Assembly (NCBI RefSeq): GCF_006345805.1
Contig: NC_042997.1
Coordinates: forward strand, 90,706,001-90,770,000
From: Octopus sinensis
Lineage: Eukaryota
Direction: 5' to 3'
Length of the DNA stretch: 64,000 nucleotides
The translations under genes were made by a program, and so were the position numbers. The notes under the pieces are model-generated. The model ran no database searches. It saw only the letters and a list, made by a program, of their open reading frames with translations, and had not been told where the DNA came from. Below, piece by piece: positions 1 through 14,010 of this stretch (its first letter is position 1; each line of letters opens with the position of its first letter).

Positions 1-672
1 TCACATCACGGAAAAATTTGACCCTGTTTGAGGTAGATCCAGCTGGTTTCCTTGAACATTTCCTAACCCAGGATGAGTAACTGTTGGACTCATCATTTTG
101 AGCCAGAGACAAAGAGATAAAACATGCAGTGGAAACACCCCTCTCCACTTGTTCCAAGAAGGCTATGGTCGTTTCATCTGCATGGAAATGGGATACAGAA
201 GGCATTGTGTTTATTGACTATCTTCAAAAGGGCCACACTATCAATGGAATGTACTATGCCAACTTGCTGAGGCAGTCACGAAAGGCTATCAAGACCAAAC
301 GCCTGAGAAAACTGACGAAAGGGGTCTTGTTTTATCAGGACAATGCTCCAACATACAAGTCCATGCTTTCAATAGCTGTTGTACATGACTGTGGCTTTGA
401 ACTGGTCGATCACTTTCCCTATTCTTTTGACTTGATCCAATCTAACTATCATTTGTTCCCTAGCATGAAAAAATACTTGGCTGGGAACCAGTATCGTAGT
501 GATGATGACGTCATATCTACTGTTGATTTTTTTGACCAACAAGATGAAAGCTTCTTCGACAGTGGGATCCAAACATTGAAACACCGATGAAAGAAGTGCG
601 TGGCCGCAAAGGGGGATATGTTGCAAAATAAACCTCATTTGGTCTCAGTCCATGAGGGTATTTTGGTCAGTC
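1..672 (+). mobile_element. Mariner (DD34D) transposase remnant, 3' part, with frameshifts and stops
   Basis: Translates to FLTQDE..., WDTEGIVFIDYLQKGHTINGMYYANLL, FYQDNAP and YSFDLIQSNYHLFPSMKK (degenerate YSPDLAPSD). Ends in a GDYV-type C-terminus near 612-631. The 5' part lies outside the window. Confidence 0.9.
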
Positions 673-1381
673 ATTCCAGTTTTGATTTTCCTTTCTAGCA
701 GTGTGCGTCTAAAGTAATATTATTCAATCTGTCCTTTTCTAAAAACAGTAGAAATATGATGAATTCAAGGAAATTTGAATGCTTATTCCTGTAGAATGAT
801 CAGTAATGTCAATTAATCGATACGACTGATTACTAATTGATTACTAATTCATGAATTGGTTGTATGGATATTATGGCCAGACAGAAAACACAGACGTTCG
901 AAGTTTGATATCAAAAGTTGACAGTGGGTAAATACAGCAGCTGTGTGTGTGGGGGGGGGGCATTAGTGTGATCTTCTAAAAGAAATCATGGAACTCATGC
1001 TTACATTTTGTGGACAGCCCCTACCACTTAAGAAGACTTTAAAAGAAGCAAAATGTGTATTTTGGAGTTTCGCGTATCCAATCTTCATACATAAATACAG
1101 CTTATGAACAATAAGAAGATATTCAAAAACTACAGTGGAAATCATTTACGGTAGAAACAAATAAATATTTAATCATGTTTGGGTGGACAAAGGGTGGTCA
1201 CAGTTTCATATACGAAGTAATCTCTTGGATAGGACGAATGTAACATAAATATAATCAAAGGATTAAATTGATTGAAACGACCTTGCGAAGATTTGCTAAC
1301 AAAAATCATTTTAAATTTTAGGAAACATGTGAAAAGTAAAAACACACTAAATATATTACCGTTAAGGAAGGTGTGTGTACA

Positions 1382-1423
<42 letters not shown>

Positions 1424-2105
1424 CATGTACATACATTTAAATATATTCATATGTATAGACATACATCTATATACATTCACATATATAAATGTATATATAT
1501 ATATATATATATACATACATTTATATGGTCTAATCAATCAAAAATTAGAGCCTTTCGTGTAAAAACATATATACACAAAAAATCTACTGTTTCCCCAAAA
1601 ACACCGTGAAAAGCGAAGGAAAAAAATAACTATATGCACCACGTCAGAAATTGTAAAAACTTTTAATTACTCTTTTCCCCTCTCTCTCTTTCTCTCTCGT
1701 CTATATATTCTATAAAAACTCAATATGACCGAACTTTCAATAATTTACATCTGTTATAATCTTCGCCGAACATTTACTTTGATATTATCTTTCCCTGTTG
1801 AAACTCATTGAACTTTTTGTGAACATTTGATCATTTGATCATTTAAACATGTTTGCCCGATTGCTACTTCGTAATTTTAAACTCCGTTAAAATCCTCTTG
1901 TTTTTTATACATATTTGTACCATTATACATATTTGTACCATTCATAAACAAAAAATTGTTGAAACTAGTTTGGTATGTATGTGAATAAATCTATTTAAAA
2001 ACAACTACATGCTTTTCAAAATCAGGTGCATTTTCAAATCTCAAAGCAAATTCTCCTATATTTTTTTCCTGCGTGGGAATACACTTCTTTCCATATATAC
2101 ACATA

Positions 2106-3373
2106 TCAGGTATCATGAATGAAATGTCCGCTTTTCTTATGCACCAAGTTTGACAATCGTTAACTCTAATGTTTTATCCTGACAATGTTTTACAACATTG
2201 AAGAGTTACATCATCATTTTTCGAAATACAATTCATTGCGTCTGATTACATTGTGAGTTTTCTCTTGTAAATCAATTTTTGTGAACCCATGAACAAATAA
2301 AAAATTCGTGTTGTTTATGAATGATTTCCGTCGCGGAACATCCCAGACAGCTCGAAACATCAATAAGGTGTTTGTAAAAATGTGGCGAATGAGTGCGCTG
2401 TACGTCATGGGTTTGAGAAGTTCCGGTTGAGTGACTTTACTCTTGAAAATCATCCCCGTGGTAGACCTGAGACCAAGGTGGATAATGATGAACTGGAAAC
2501 TGTAGTGGAAGCGGATACATCTCAAGCAATGCGTGAGTTAACAGCAAGGTTTGGTGTTTCATTCCAACTGTATTGGACCATCTGAAACAAATCGACAAGG
2601 TAAAGAAGCTGGACAAGTGGATACCACACGAACTAAGCAAGCATCAAATGACACGTCGTCTTGAAACTTGTTGTTCTTTGCTGTCACAGCAAAAAAGCGA
2701 ACCATTTTTGCTTCGTATTGTTACGTGTGATGAAAAATGGATTCTTTTTAACAACAGCAAGCGTTCTACACGGTGGTTGAATAGAGACGAAGTGCCAAAA
2801 CACAATCCAAAAGAGAATATTCACCAAAAAAGTTAATGGTGTCTGGTTGGTGGTCCAGCGCTGATGTCATCCACTACAGCTTCATAAGACCTGTTAAGTC
2901 AATTACAACGGATGTATACATCAACCAATTGGATGGAATGATGAGTAAACTTGCAATTATGCAACCGATATTGTTCAATAGATACAGGCCAATTCTTTTG
3001 AAAAACAAAGCTCGACCACATATTGCAAAAAGACGCTACTCAAGTTATAGGAACTGAATTTGGAAGCACTCTGTCATCCACCGTATTCACCAGACCTTGC
3101 ACCAACTGATTATCACGTTTTCCAGGCATTAGAAAACTTTTTGCCAGGAAAAAACTTCAAATGTAAAGAATATGCAAAAACAGTCTTTCGTGATTTCATC
3201 ACCTCTTGCTTTCCAGAATTCTTCGCTGCCGGCATAAATAAGCTACCGATAAAATGGCAAAATTGTGCTGATAATTTAGGTGCATACTTTGATTAACTGC
3301 ATTGCTGTTTTATTCAGATAAAGTAAAATAAACTTTCACTTCAAAATTGGATATTTCATTCTTAATGACCTGA
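2106..3373 (+). mobile_element. Full-length (~1.27 kb) defective mariner with TIRs and TA target duplication
   Basis: Left TA|TCAGGTATCATGAATGAAATGTCCGCTTTT matches the reverse complement of the right end (TCAGGTCATTAAGAATGAAATATCCAATTTT), followed by TA at 3374-3375. Broken transposase 2289-3296 has WIPHEL, IVTCDEKW, a degenerate HDNARPH (KNKARPH) and YSPDLAPTDYH. Confidence 0.95.
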
Positions 3374-3523
3374 TATATATATATAATTACTTGGACCTCG
3401 GGTATATGCTTAGTAGTATACCGATTAAAAGCACTTTCACCATCTAGGCAGCTTGATGTCATGCACAGTTTTGATATAAGTGTCACTGGATCTACGTCAG
3501 GAATACCGCAGTATATATATATG

Positions 3524-3644
<121 letters not shown>

Positions 3645-3663
3645 GTATATATATATATATATA

Positions 3664-3990
3664 TGAGGGTGCTTAGCTTTGTGGTTAGGGTATTGCACTC
3701 ACGACCGCGAGATAGTAGTTTCAATTCTTAGACCGGGCAGTGCCTCGAATTATTGGACGAAAGACTTCATTTCACGTTGCTCTGCGATCACTTCCACACG
3801 TGACACGTGGTACACCGTGCAACTGTTCACACAAGGTTGATTTGATGGAGAGAGTTAGCTAATGTGCAGCGTGAACATTTGAGCACTATAAACAAATTAT
3901 TTGTGCAGGTTGTTCAGCAAAAGCTGAACGCTCATACGTCATTTTCGACGGGAGAGTCCATTATTGAGAGAATTTCGATTATCCCCACGT
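3664..3990 (+). mobile_element. tRNA-headed SINE copy
   Basis: A-box-like TAGCTTTGTGGTTAG and B-box-like GTTTCAATTC, then a SINE core-like ACTTCATTTCACGTTGCTC. Flanked by (TA)n. Confidence 0.55.
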
Positions 3991-4099
3991 GGTGATTTGT
4001 AATGTAATATATATATATATACATATTTTGAGGGAGGGGATAAATAAATATACAAAAACTCTAAAGTTAAAGTAGTGATATGAAGTATTTACAGTGATA

Positions 4100-5590
4100 G
4101 GTATGTGAACATGAATTAAAATATATACAAAGTTCGTTATGCGTTCATATTTAGGCGTGATCTGTATCTTTCGATAAATAAATTTTCTTTATTTAAACGT
4201 TCTAGTACAGAAATTGTTTCTTTGCACTGGTATATGGGGAAAACCGTGAAGTTTGGTTGGATATTACCTGCACATTTCTCTATGTGTTCACTCAAAGGAA
4301 TCTGACTCTACTGTGGGAAACGGATCTGTTCCTTATTTAGTGTGGTTGTCCGTCTAAGTGCCATACTTGTCTGTCCTATATAGTTATGTCCACAGCCTGA
4401 ACAAGTTATAACATAAATTAGATTCTCGGAGGCACAAGTGAAGTTGGTTTTAATTGAGAACCTCTCCTCTTGTTTGAATAGGAATTCCGAGCCTTCCAAC
4501 AGTTTGGGGCATGTTCCACAGTTTGGACGTCCACATTTTTTAACCGTTGGTTTTGTGGTTGTTGTGTAAAGCTTTGCATTTGTCAAAAGTCGTTTCAGCG
4601 ATTTATGTTATTTTTTGCATTTGATGAATTTATGTGTTTTCAGAATGTTGTTCATTTCTGGATCCCTTGTGAGCATAGATCGATTTTGTTCAAATGCTTC
4701 ATTGTTTCTAGGGTTGTGAGTTGATATATACGGTGGTGTTTTGAGATGTGATTTGGTGTTTCGTTTTGTTTCCCTTAGTGTTTTAATGCCTTATTTCTTG
4801 GCACGCTTAATTCCACCGTCTATAAGTGAGGGTGGATATTTTCTTTCAGTTAGTGTTGTTCTGAGGTCTTGAAGACGCAGGTCCCAGGTATTTCCATCAG
4901 ACACTATTGTGCAAATCCTTTTTGCTAAATTAAAAGGGATATTTCTTTTCATGTGTTTCGAGTGGCATGAGCTAAAAAGAAGATATTGTTTCGAGTCCAT
5001 TGGCTTATGATAAATACCAGTTACAATTTGGTTGTTGATTTTTTTCTAAGAAAGGGACCTGTTCTTTGCTATATTCCATTGTAAATTGAATGTTAGGGTT
5101 TATATCATTTAGTATTGATTTAAAATCCAAAAGTTTATCAATGGTCTCATTCCAAATGATAAAGCAGTCATCGAGATATCTTTTCCAGTTTTCTCTTATA
5201 TGCTAGTGAAGTGGATGTCCATATTTTTACCGTGACATTTCATATATGGTGAATTCAAAACATCCCATTACTAGGTTCGCATGAACAGGGGGTGCTTTCG
5301 TTCCCATTGTAATTCCGCATTTTTTACGATAGTAGGTATCATCAAATAGGAAATAATTGTTCTGAAATATAAATTTTAAAGTTTCAATAATAAAAACCTA
5401 GTTTATGCGTTCTGGAAGTTCTTCTGTGTACTTTTCAGCCAGAATTTTATTGCTTCTATTCCATAAGTCATGTGGGATATTAGTGTACAGATTAATAACA
5501 TCGAAGGAAACCAATAATGTCTCTTCATTAGTTGTTTTTGGTAGGTGCATATCTAGATCGTCTCTAATGAAACTTTTGATGCATTTCAGC
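4100..5590 (-). mobile_element. Penelope-like element remnant (RT plus GIY-YIG endonuclease), 5'-truncated
   Basis: Minus-strand fragments LVSFDVINLYTNIPHD, GITMGTKAPPVHANLVMG, WKRYLDDCFIIW, SSCHSKHMKRNIPFNLAKRICTIVSD and CGRPNCGTC...NLIYVITCSGCGHNYIGQT. (TA)n tracts lie on both sides. Confidence 0.92.
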
Positions 5591-5596
5591 GATGTG

Positions 5597-5675
<79 letters not shown>

Positions 5676-5829
5676 TATTATTGAATTTTATTACAAGACA
5701 CTTTGTCTCACGGAACCTCAATGTTTTTAAGGAATCCACTTTCATAAATAGTTCCCTAATATATCAGCTGAATTCTTAACGGTTTGTTTCTGATTGCTAG
5801 CTGTTCACTGTGTCCTTGGGAGAAGAAAA

Positions 5830-6330
5830 AACTTACACTGATACAATCCATTTAACTCTTAAAGTAAGCATCGTGAGAAGGTACACGCAGCGATAGGAAT
5901 CTATATTATTGACCACTCTTTCAAAGCAAAATGAAATCTGTATTAAGATGTAGTTTTATAGCAATGAGTCTCTTTCAGACCTTTAAGATCAGTGTTAATT
6001 CTTTTCCGACCAATTCTAGACACTAGTCAGATACAACTACCTAAATGTCTTTTGCAGTGTAGTGGGTTTCGCAATATTTAACAGTATGGCAGAGGTCATT
6101 AATATATAGTTGGAATAACATATGACCAAATATAGATCCCTGTGGAACCGTATGACTGACATATTTCTTCGACGAATGAAAACCTTACGCAGAGACATGC
6201 TGACAATGCAATGACATGCATGATCCAAGCTATGAATTAGTAAGATCACGAACATTCTAAAAAAGATTTTCTTTTTCTAATAGAATATTAAGATAACAGT
6301 GTCACATGTTTACTGAAGATCAATAAATAT
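5830..6330 (-). mobile_element. Non-LTR (CR1/Jockey-like) reverse transcriptase fragment
   Basis: Minus strand near 6090-6160 reads VPQGSIFGHMLFQLYINDL, the RT motif GVPQGSxLGPxLFxLYINDL. Confidence 0.75.
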
Positions 6331-6699
6331 CACTCCTAAAACTGACCGGAGTCAAGAGATTTGAGAATGTCTTCATCTTCATTGATGAAAATTTGAATAG
6401 TGAAGTGATATTTGCACAAACAAAAGAATATTAACAATTGAACACGCCCATAAATTTCCTTAACTGCTGTTAGATTAGAAACGAGAGAGGGGTGGGGAAA
6501 GAGAGGGGGAGATAGAGAGGCAGACAGACAGACAGACAGACAGAAGAAGAGAGCGATAAAGAGAATGAGAGAATAATAATTATTCAACATTCATGTCTTG
6601 CCTGTGGCATCACTGAAAATGGATCTGTTTATTCGCTTTTGCCCGCAACCTGACAAATGAATCTTGTTAATTACACCAGAGCCTACCCTAATTGCAGTA

Positions 6700-8230
6700 A
6701 AAACTCGTCAGGGAAAAAAAGCAGATTCATTTCTTCTGCCAGAATGTGAACAAAACATTGTAAGAGGTGTTAAGAGCCTCGACTATTACTTTCAAAAGAG
6801 AAACTTTTATAAATCTTTACTGTAGCTACAGTTGAAAGCAGAAGGTGACTTTATAGATCTTTCTGGAACTTCAAGACATTTTCATTTAGTGATAAACTCT
6901 TTATGCATGGTATTGTCGTAAGTCGAGTCTTCCTTAGATGCACACAGAACATCGAAACCGTTCTCCCGATTGGATTTCCCTCATATGCCAACGGAGATTT
7001 ATTAAACTGCATCGGATCATCCAAATCGTATCTAGACAGAGTATTTATGTCAGCAGATACGGATAGCGTAGGATGCCTCAGTGTCAGCTATACAGAATAC
7101 AAGTTTATTTTCAGCAGTGAACCAAGATGCATAGACGGAAGTCTGGCTACTGGAAGCTGAATGTACTTTTACATTTATAGAAAGCCTGTAGCGACCAGAC
7201 TAGTGAACTTATATGATGTTGACAGGGAGAATCATCAACAACCAGTTGTAGGTCTCTCTGAATATAGTCATTAGGGTAGGAGTAATATGACATAAAAGTG
7301 CTATGGTAGGCAAGATAGATTAGAGAGCGAGCTAAGTAAATTAGAGAAGGTAATTAGAATAGGCATCGTAATTGGAATGTTAACGAAGAAAATAGCACTC
7401 GCCTATTTCTTCGGCGTAAAGCATGAAGGCTTTGTTAAGGCAAGTGGTCTTAAACATGAAGGTTCGACAGTCCCTCGATGTATCTAGGTAGAGGTGCGAT
7501 GTGAAAACAAAGACACATTTAAGTATTTGACGGATTTCAACTTGGACAAGCTTTTCGATTCCAGATAGACATATGCGGTTTTTCAGTAGCACTTTTCCAG
7601 ACTGTCTGGAGTAGTGGTTGGCCAGAGATGGTGAACTATGCGCCTCCCTCAAAGGCCTCTCATGACTCTTGACAGGAAAGATAAAGATATATGTAAAACA
7701 GCAACTGAGATCCGGTTGACAGAAAGTGTCAGTGTGAGGGGCAAACCACCTGGATTGGAAGGCCTACTCCACGACCTTTATGGATACATGCCAAATTTGT
7801 TGTGTTTTTTTTGCCTCTTTTGAGATTATGGTTGCAATTAACGTTTTGACAGACGTGTACTGCAACCAGTAAAATACTGTCCAGTTCTGTAAGCCAGGAA
7901 ATGGTGGTGTTGCTATCAACAAGTTTCGGCCCATACCATTTTTTAATACAGATTAAGATTTTGGCCAAAATGATCATAAAGAATTTGGTTCTGCTTTACA
8001 GTCGAGATCACACAAACTTGTAATATTTTCGAAAGATGTGTCCACGAAAACTTCCACCATATTTGATACATCTAATAAATCTGATTACAGTTGATTCCTT
8101 ATCTATTTGGATCGATTCAAAGCCTTCGAAATGGTTGACTATCAGTATTTTGTTTTGTACATTGTTTTGTCTTGGTATAAAAGATGGGCTACAGCAAATA
8201 TTCTGCTCAATACCACAGATTTGCTTATCA
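6700..8230 (-). mobile_element. Highly degenerate non-LTR ORF2 remnant (CR1/Jockey-like)
   Basis: Scattered minus-strand peptides resemble RT and thumb regions (for example YLD near 7480-7490) with many stops. Family assignment is uncertain. Confidence 0.45.
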
Positions 8231-8617
8231 GTTGTTTGACCTTAACCAGTTGAGCATGTCCCTTAGTGGCTGACGAAGTAGTGGGGGAGCATCATAGCAA
8301 TGTGTTGAGAGGGATTCTTTGGGGTTTGAATAGTTCACCTCTGGAAACATGGGTGGTTCTTTCAACATCCTTAAACAACCCTTATTCAGGGACCGTTTGA
8401 GCGGGATGGGATACTCAACCTGAAGAAAATTCTAACTGGGCCCCACTTGCAAGGTCATGTGCTGTTTATCTTGATATGAGATCACCATGTCGCGCACATA
8501 TGGTTGTGATGCATGTGCCTGGTGTACCTTTATCAGACGGGTAGTCATGATGGGTATATTGGGCTTCGTATATTTTACCCCAGTGTCACTTTGATGGCAT
8601 GAACTGCTCTCTCACTC

Positions 8618-8618
<1 letters not shown>
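8231..8618. mobile_element. Interspersed repeat abutting an (AAT)n tract, possibly a non-LTR element terminus
   Basis: A GC-richer non-coding block ending ...CTCTCACTC directly joined to (AAT)n. It resembles an abundant octopus repeat from memory, which I cannot verify here. Confidence 0.4.
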
Positions 8619-8654
<36 letters not shown>

Positions 8655-8702
8655 TAATAATAATAATAATAATAATAATAACGACGACGACGACAACGAT
8701 GG

Positions 8703-8773
<71 letters not shown>

Positions 8774-8826
8774 GTGGTGGTGGTGGTGGTGGTGGTGGTG
8801 GTGGTGGTGGTGGTGATGATGATGAT
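8619..8826. repeat. Compound trinucleotide microsatellite (AAT)n-(GAC)n-(GAT)n-(GGT)n-(GGC)n-(GGT)n-(GAT)n
   Basis: Read directly from the sequence. Confidence 0.95.
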
Positions 8827-9037
8827 CAGTATATTTGTGAACTGAATCTTTTCCTATTTTCTCTCCTCCCCATCATCACATAGACATTCACACACATTGA
8901 TTAATACGCCTTCTGAGACATTCCGCCTATCTCACATACATTTGCGTACTCTCTCTCTCTCTCTCCCTCTATCTCTCTATCTATCCATCTATCTATCTCG
9001 CATACATAACTAAAATATGAGATATGTGTAAGAGCAT

Positions 9038-9074
<37 letters not shown>

Positions 9075-9210
9075 TATATATTATATTATATATATAATAT
9101 ATATATATATAAATAAATGTGTGTGTATATATGTATGTATATAGTATATAATATATATACCCATATGTATATATACATATACATATAAATATATATATAT
9201 ATATACACGC

Positions 9211-9251
<41 letters not shown>

Positions 9252-9614
9252 TAACATGTGCATATCTCTCTCTTTGGTCCTTATCAGACCAATTTTCGAA
9301 GGAGACAATGAAGAAGGAGAGGAGAACGATAGGAATCTGAAACGAAAATGTGATTAGTAACGGAGAAAGTGTTCCTGGTTCCAAGCTTTATCGAAGTAAG
9401 TCAGTTGAGGAACAATGCAAGAATATTATCGGTCAGGCAATTGATATAGAATTAATAGGACTCTCAGTCATTTCTTTGAAGTCATATCTGTCTTTGAGGT
9501 GTGCACACAAGACGGCTGCCGTGAGAGATATTTTGGTTCGATATCCACCTTTGGTGACAGCCGGCATGTTCTTGTAATATGCATATCCTTACACTTAGCA
9601 CCAAGAATCAATTT

Positions 9615-9788
9615 AAGAGAGAGAAGTGAAGAAAAAAAGAAAGAAACAAGGAAAAAAACAAGAAAGAAGAGAAGAAAGAAAGAAAGCAAGAAGAAAGAAG
9701 AAAGAAAGAAAGAAAGAAAGAAAGAGAAAGAAAGAAAGAAAGAAAGAAAGAAAACGAAACAAAGAAATAAAGAGCAAGAAAGTACTGT

Positions 9789-9821
<33 letters not shown>

Positions 9822-9835
9822 AGAGGAAAGGAAAG
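9615..9835. repeat. Degenerate (GAAA)n microsatellite
   Basis: Read directly. It explains the K/E/R-rich ORF 9499-9843. Confidence 0.9.
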
Positions 9836-10189
9836 TGATGTGATTTAGAAGAGTGGCAACGAAGTTAGATTTATTTTAAAGTTGTATATATATCGTTATC
9901 GAAACAACTTCACTACAAAGATTTTCGTTAGGCACTAATATCGACACCAAAATAAAAGCGAAGAATTTTGGCGCCAGTCTTCACACTTGACGTGTGGAAA
10001 ATTTAGTGTCCTCTTCAAGTTCAGTGGAAGATTAATTATCCGTACACACTAATTCACGCGCACATATACACATACTCTCACACACACACATTCATCTACA
10101 CAGACACACGAGTGTGCGTGTGTACGATAATAATTTCTTTTGACGAGACACAATGCCAATTTTTGTCGAAGAATAGTATATATATATAC

Positions 10190-10420
10190 TTTTATTTGTT
10201 TCAGTCATTTGACTGCAGCCATGCTGGAGCACCACCTACAAGGGTTTTAGTCGAACAATTCGACCCCAGGGCTAGTAATTAAGACTAGTAATTACTCTAT
10301 CGGTCTCTTTGCCAAACCGCTAATTTACGGGGACATAGACACAACAACACCAGTTGTCAAATGGTGATGGGGGACAAACAAACACACAACCACACACACA
10401 CACATAGATGTATACGCACA

Positions 10421-10471
<51 letters not shown>

Positions 10472-10574
10472 ATATAATATATATATATATATATACACCA
10501 ACACACCTGCTTCTTGTTCCTACACCTGTCTTCGTCTTTTGTTTTTCTGTAAATTTCAACTATGTATATATATA

Positions 10575-10612
<38 letters not shown>

Positions 10613-11075
10613 GCGCACACACGACGGGCTTCTTTCAGTTTCCGTCTACCAAATCCACTTACAAGACTTTTGTCGACCCGAGGCTATAATAGAAGACACT
10701 TGCCTGAGGTAAATCTCCCTAAAATTATACACACCGACAAAAAAAAAGCTTAATAACATATAGGCGCAGGCGTGGCTGTGTTGTAAGAAGCTTACTTCCC
10801 AAACACATGGTTCCGGGTTCAATCCCACTGTGTGACACCTTGGGCAAGTGTCTTCTACATTAGTCTAGGGCCGACCGAAGTCTTGAGAGCGGATTTGGTA
10901 GATGGAAACTGAAAAAAAGACCCGTCGTGTGTGCGTGTGTGTGGGGGGGATGTAGACCCCACCTCAGCTTGACTGCCAGCATTGGTTTGTTTACTTTCTC
11001 GTAATCTAGCCGTTCGGCAAAAACTGACCGACAGAATAAGAACCAGGCTTAAAGAAACAAAAGTAAAATAAGTAC
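10190..11075. mobile_element. Two oppositely oriented copies of tRNA-derived SINE family A (10190-10705 minus, 10763-11075 plus)
   Basis: Head GGCGCAGGCGTGGCTGTG..GTAAGAAGCTT..GGTTCAATCCCACTG, core CTTGGGCAAGTGTCTTCTAC..GGATTTGGTAGA.GGAAACTGAAA, then an internal TA/TG microsatellite. The family recurs at about 25015, 30665, 35135, 38680, 39770, 43780, 48265, 58360, 59390 and 60861. Confidence 0.85.
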
Positions 11076-11479
11076 GACCTCCAGTCGTACAGTACTAGAT
11101 AGAAACATCCTATCGACGACTTCGGAATATAACAGTATCTGTCAGAGCAACAATTGTCGTCAAATGACAGACACAACAGTGGCAAAAGATCTCATTACAA
11201 CAACGATGATGATGATGATGAGGGTCATGACGAGGACCATGATGATGCTGTTGTTAATACTGATTACAGTTGTACTACTATAACCCTGACGATATTGGTG
11301 GCATGGTTATAGTGTTACCAGCAAGAGTATTACACCCACCGTTTGTATTTATCTTAATGGCAGAGACATGATTGCTACTTGTTGTATCGATCTTGGAAAG
11401 ATGAAAGGAAACTCGATTTCAGTGGGATTTGAACTCAAAAATATAAAAGCTTAATTCCTGCACAGCACTTTATCAGCAC

Positions 11480-11630
11480 TCAACTGGCCCAGCCAGCCAG
11501 CAATCAACCAGAATAGACTGAATAGCAACTACACCAGTATTCTGAAAAATAAACGCACCCAAAAAGAACAAAAAATAGAAAATATCTATCGACTTTTTAA
11601 AAGAGCGACATCAGAACGACACAAATCAAC

Positions 11631-11667
<37 letters not shown>

Positions 11668-14010
11668 AGAAATGAAACATACGCGAAATTAATAAGCCTT
11701 TAAGACAATAGATCCCCTCTAAATCACAAAGAATCCGTTTATAAGAAAAGCGGCAATACTTCTTTGAACTAAGGCGAACATTACATCAACAAAAATCAAA
11801 ACGATTTTACCAACAACTAGATAAAAAATAAAAGAGAAATAAATGCAACGCTTGCAGCAAAAGAAACAGTAGGAATGAACAAAGAAACAAATATGAATTG
11901 TGGATGTATCGTTACAAGCGATCATATTGAAAAGAAGCGTAACAACAACGAAAGAAGAACAACAGCTCTAAATTATATCAGAATAGTTCCTGTTGCAGAA
12001 TAGGAATTGAAAAGCAACTGGAAATAACGAAGTTCCAAAATTCTGGTTGAATCACATAATGACGGGATACACTTTAAACGCAAGAAACTAGTACAAGAAG
12101 AAACATATTAATTAAAGAACGTGTGTAATACATAACTATGATCACCAGCTTCATCATTATCAAACACACAGTATATAACATATATATAAGATACCCTACA
12201 TATATTTGAAAAAAATATTCAACGACATCTGACAGAAACAGAAAGTAACACTTAAATAGCACAAGAAAGGAAAGGAGTACCTTAATCCCACCCCCAAGAC
12301 TAACGAAACATCAATCCTCCAAAACAACAGAGTTATATCCTGCTTGCTCGAATTATAAAAAAGCCCTACCAATATTTCCGCAAAGGCTAAAATGTTCGTC
12401 AAGGCAAAAACAAAAACAAAAAAGAAATACTTCCAGAAGAACAGACGGTGTGTTGCAAAGGTTCATACGGTTGTAAATATCAGTTAGTGATCGGTAAAGC
12501 TATAACTGAAAACTATACAGGGGATACGAAGCTCTGAACATAATATGAATTGATTACCTGAAGGCTTTTGACAGTGTTCCCCACTCGTAGATTCTCGCAA
12601 GATTCACAATGAGAAAAGTACTTCCCTGTACGAAGCAGATTAATACCAAACATGCCAAGAGTAAAGAAAGGGCAATTTTACAAAGTCAAACGAAAGAAAT
12701 CGTAAATAATAAATTTTGGTTGTTCAGTGAACTGGAGAGCCAAAAGTAAGAAATTTCAAAAAATTTCTCACTGATTTTTTAACCTGCCACTATAAAGCTG
12801 ATGTAAATAGAAAGTACCTACTATTGGAAGTAAAATAAAGTAAGAAGTAAAATAAAGTTTAGAAAAATATTTAGAAGGAAGCTTTTGAGTAATTTTATGC
12901 ACTCACTGTTACTAACACTTTCAATAAACATTCTAAACGGGACTGCACAAGAGAAGGAGTGCAAGGAAATGATGTGCAACTATTTCCTCTATGAAGGATT
13001 ACGTGAAGCAGTATGGTGAAGATGACAAAGAACTAGCAAATTGTTGCGTACTATGTGTGAATTATGCTGGGAAGTTGAAATGAAAGAAGTAAGGATTTGC
13101 AGCTGGAAAGTTATTATAGAATCAAATCGCTACTGCAAGTGTATACAAATGCAGAGAAAGAAATATTGAGAGAAATTAATACAAATAGCTACAAAATGTG
13201 AAGACGGGGAAAAAAAACATTTTCCGTCTTCAGGAAAATTAACAAATATAAAACGGAGAGAAATGTAATGGGCAGTGTGTGTGGTATGGAGAAATAACAG
13301 AAATTATCAAACGCCAAAATATTAAATTGAAAATATCACAACAAAATGCCATACTAAGACTGGGCAAAGTTAAAAACGATGAAGAAAATTAACAGCACTG
13401 GTTGAGAAGCCCATGACTGAAAGCTGGAACCGAAGTGATTTTGATCTTAGCACAGACCAAATACTTTCCATCAGAAATTACTGAAAATAGATTATAAAAC
13501 AGACTACAAAAATGAACCACAGAATACATGAAAGCTGTGAAAAAAAAGCAGTTATATTATTTCTGGCTGCACAGTCTTAACGCAGATATGAGCAGGGTTA
13601 TCTATACTTTTAACTATACCAGTATTATGGGAGATGCACAGAAAAGAGATAGAACAGACATCACCAAATCTCTAGAATATGTTGGCATATGCGGACAGGA
13701 GGACTGAAGTAAATTTCCCAGATTTTATCAAACACCAGTAGGAAAACATTTTGTCTCTTCTTCGATGTGTTACTTCTAAAATAATAATAATAAATCTTTC
13801 AAAGAAATAATAGAAACTATTCATCGGTGACGAGGAGAGTGGGAACATGTTGCATGGATAACAATCTGTCCTCTATACCATAGTGCTCAGGCATGAAGTC
13901 TATCGAATACCCTATACTGGAGAGACTGATGAAGGCAGCAGAAGAAAGGCGGATTCACAGAAAAGAACACTACAACTCAAACAGCATTGGGATAGCCCAC
14001 AAGTAATGTT
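11480..14010 (+). mobile_element. R4/Dong-like non-LTR retrotransposon remnant (RT, CCHC, restriction-like endonuclease)
   Basis: PEEQ..GSYGCKYQLVIGKAI (~12430-12505), IDYLKAFDSVPHS (~12550-12590), a degenerate YMDD region (~12990), an AQDQ-like segment (~13450), IISGC (~13555-13570) and an IDVxxP-like motif (~13760). Many stops. Confidence 0.8.

Noticed and set aside
2289-3296. Active or domesticated (SETMAR-like) mariner transposase
   Set aside because: It has multiple stops and frameshifts, and the second catalytic Asp motif is mutated.
9499-9843. K/E/R-rich coiled-coil-like ORF
   Set aside because: It is produced by the (GAAA)n repeat.
10763-10835. tRNA gene
   Set aside because: The A/B boxes belong to a SINE head continuous with the SINE body, and no cloverleaf forms. 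The same applies to the other copies.
13925-13950. CTGATGA...GAAA as a second hammerhead
   Set aside because: No stem II or stem I pairing. The CTGATGA hits near 33950, 40827 and 54962 fail in the same way.
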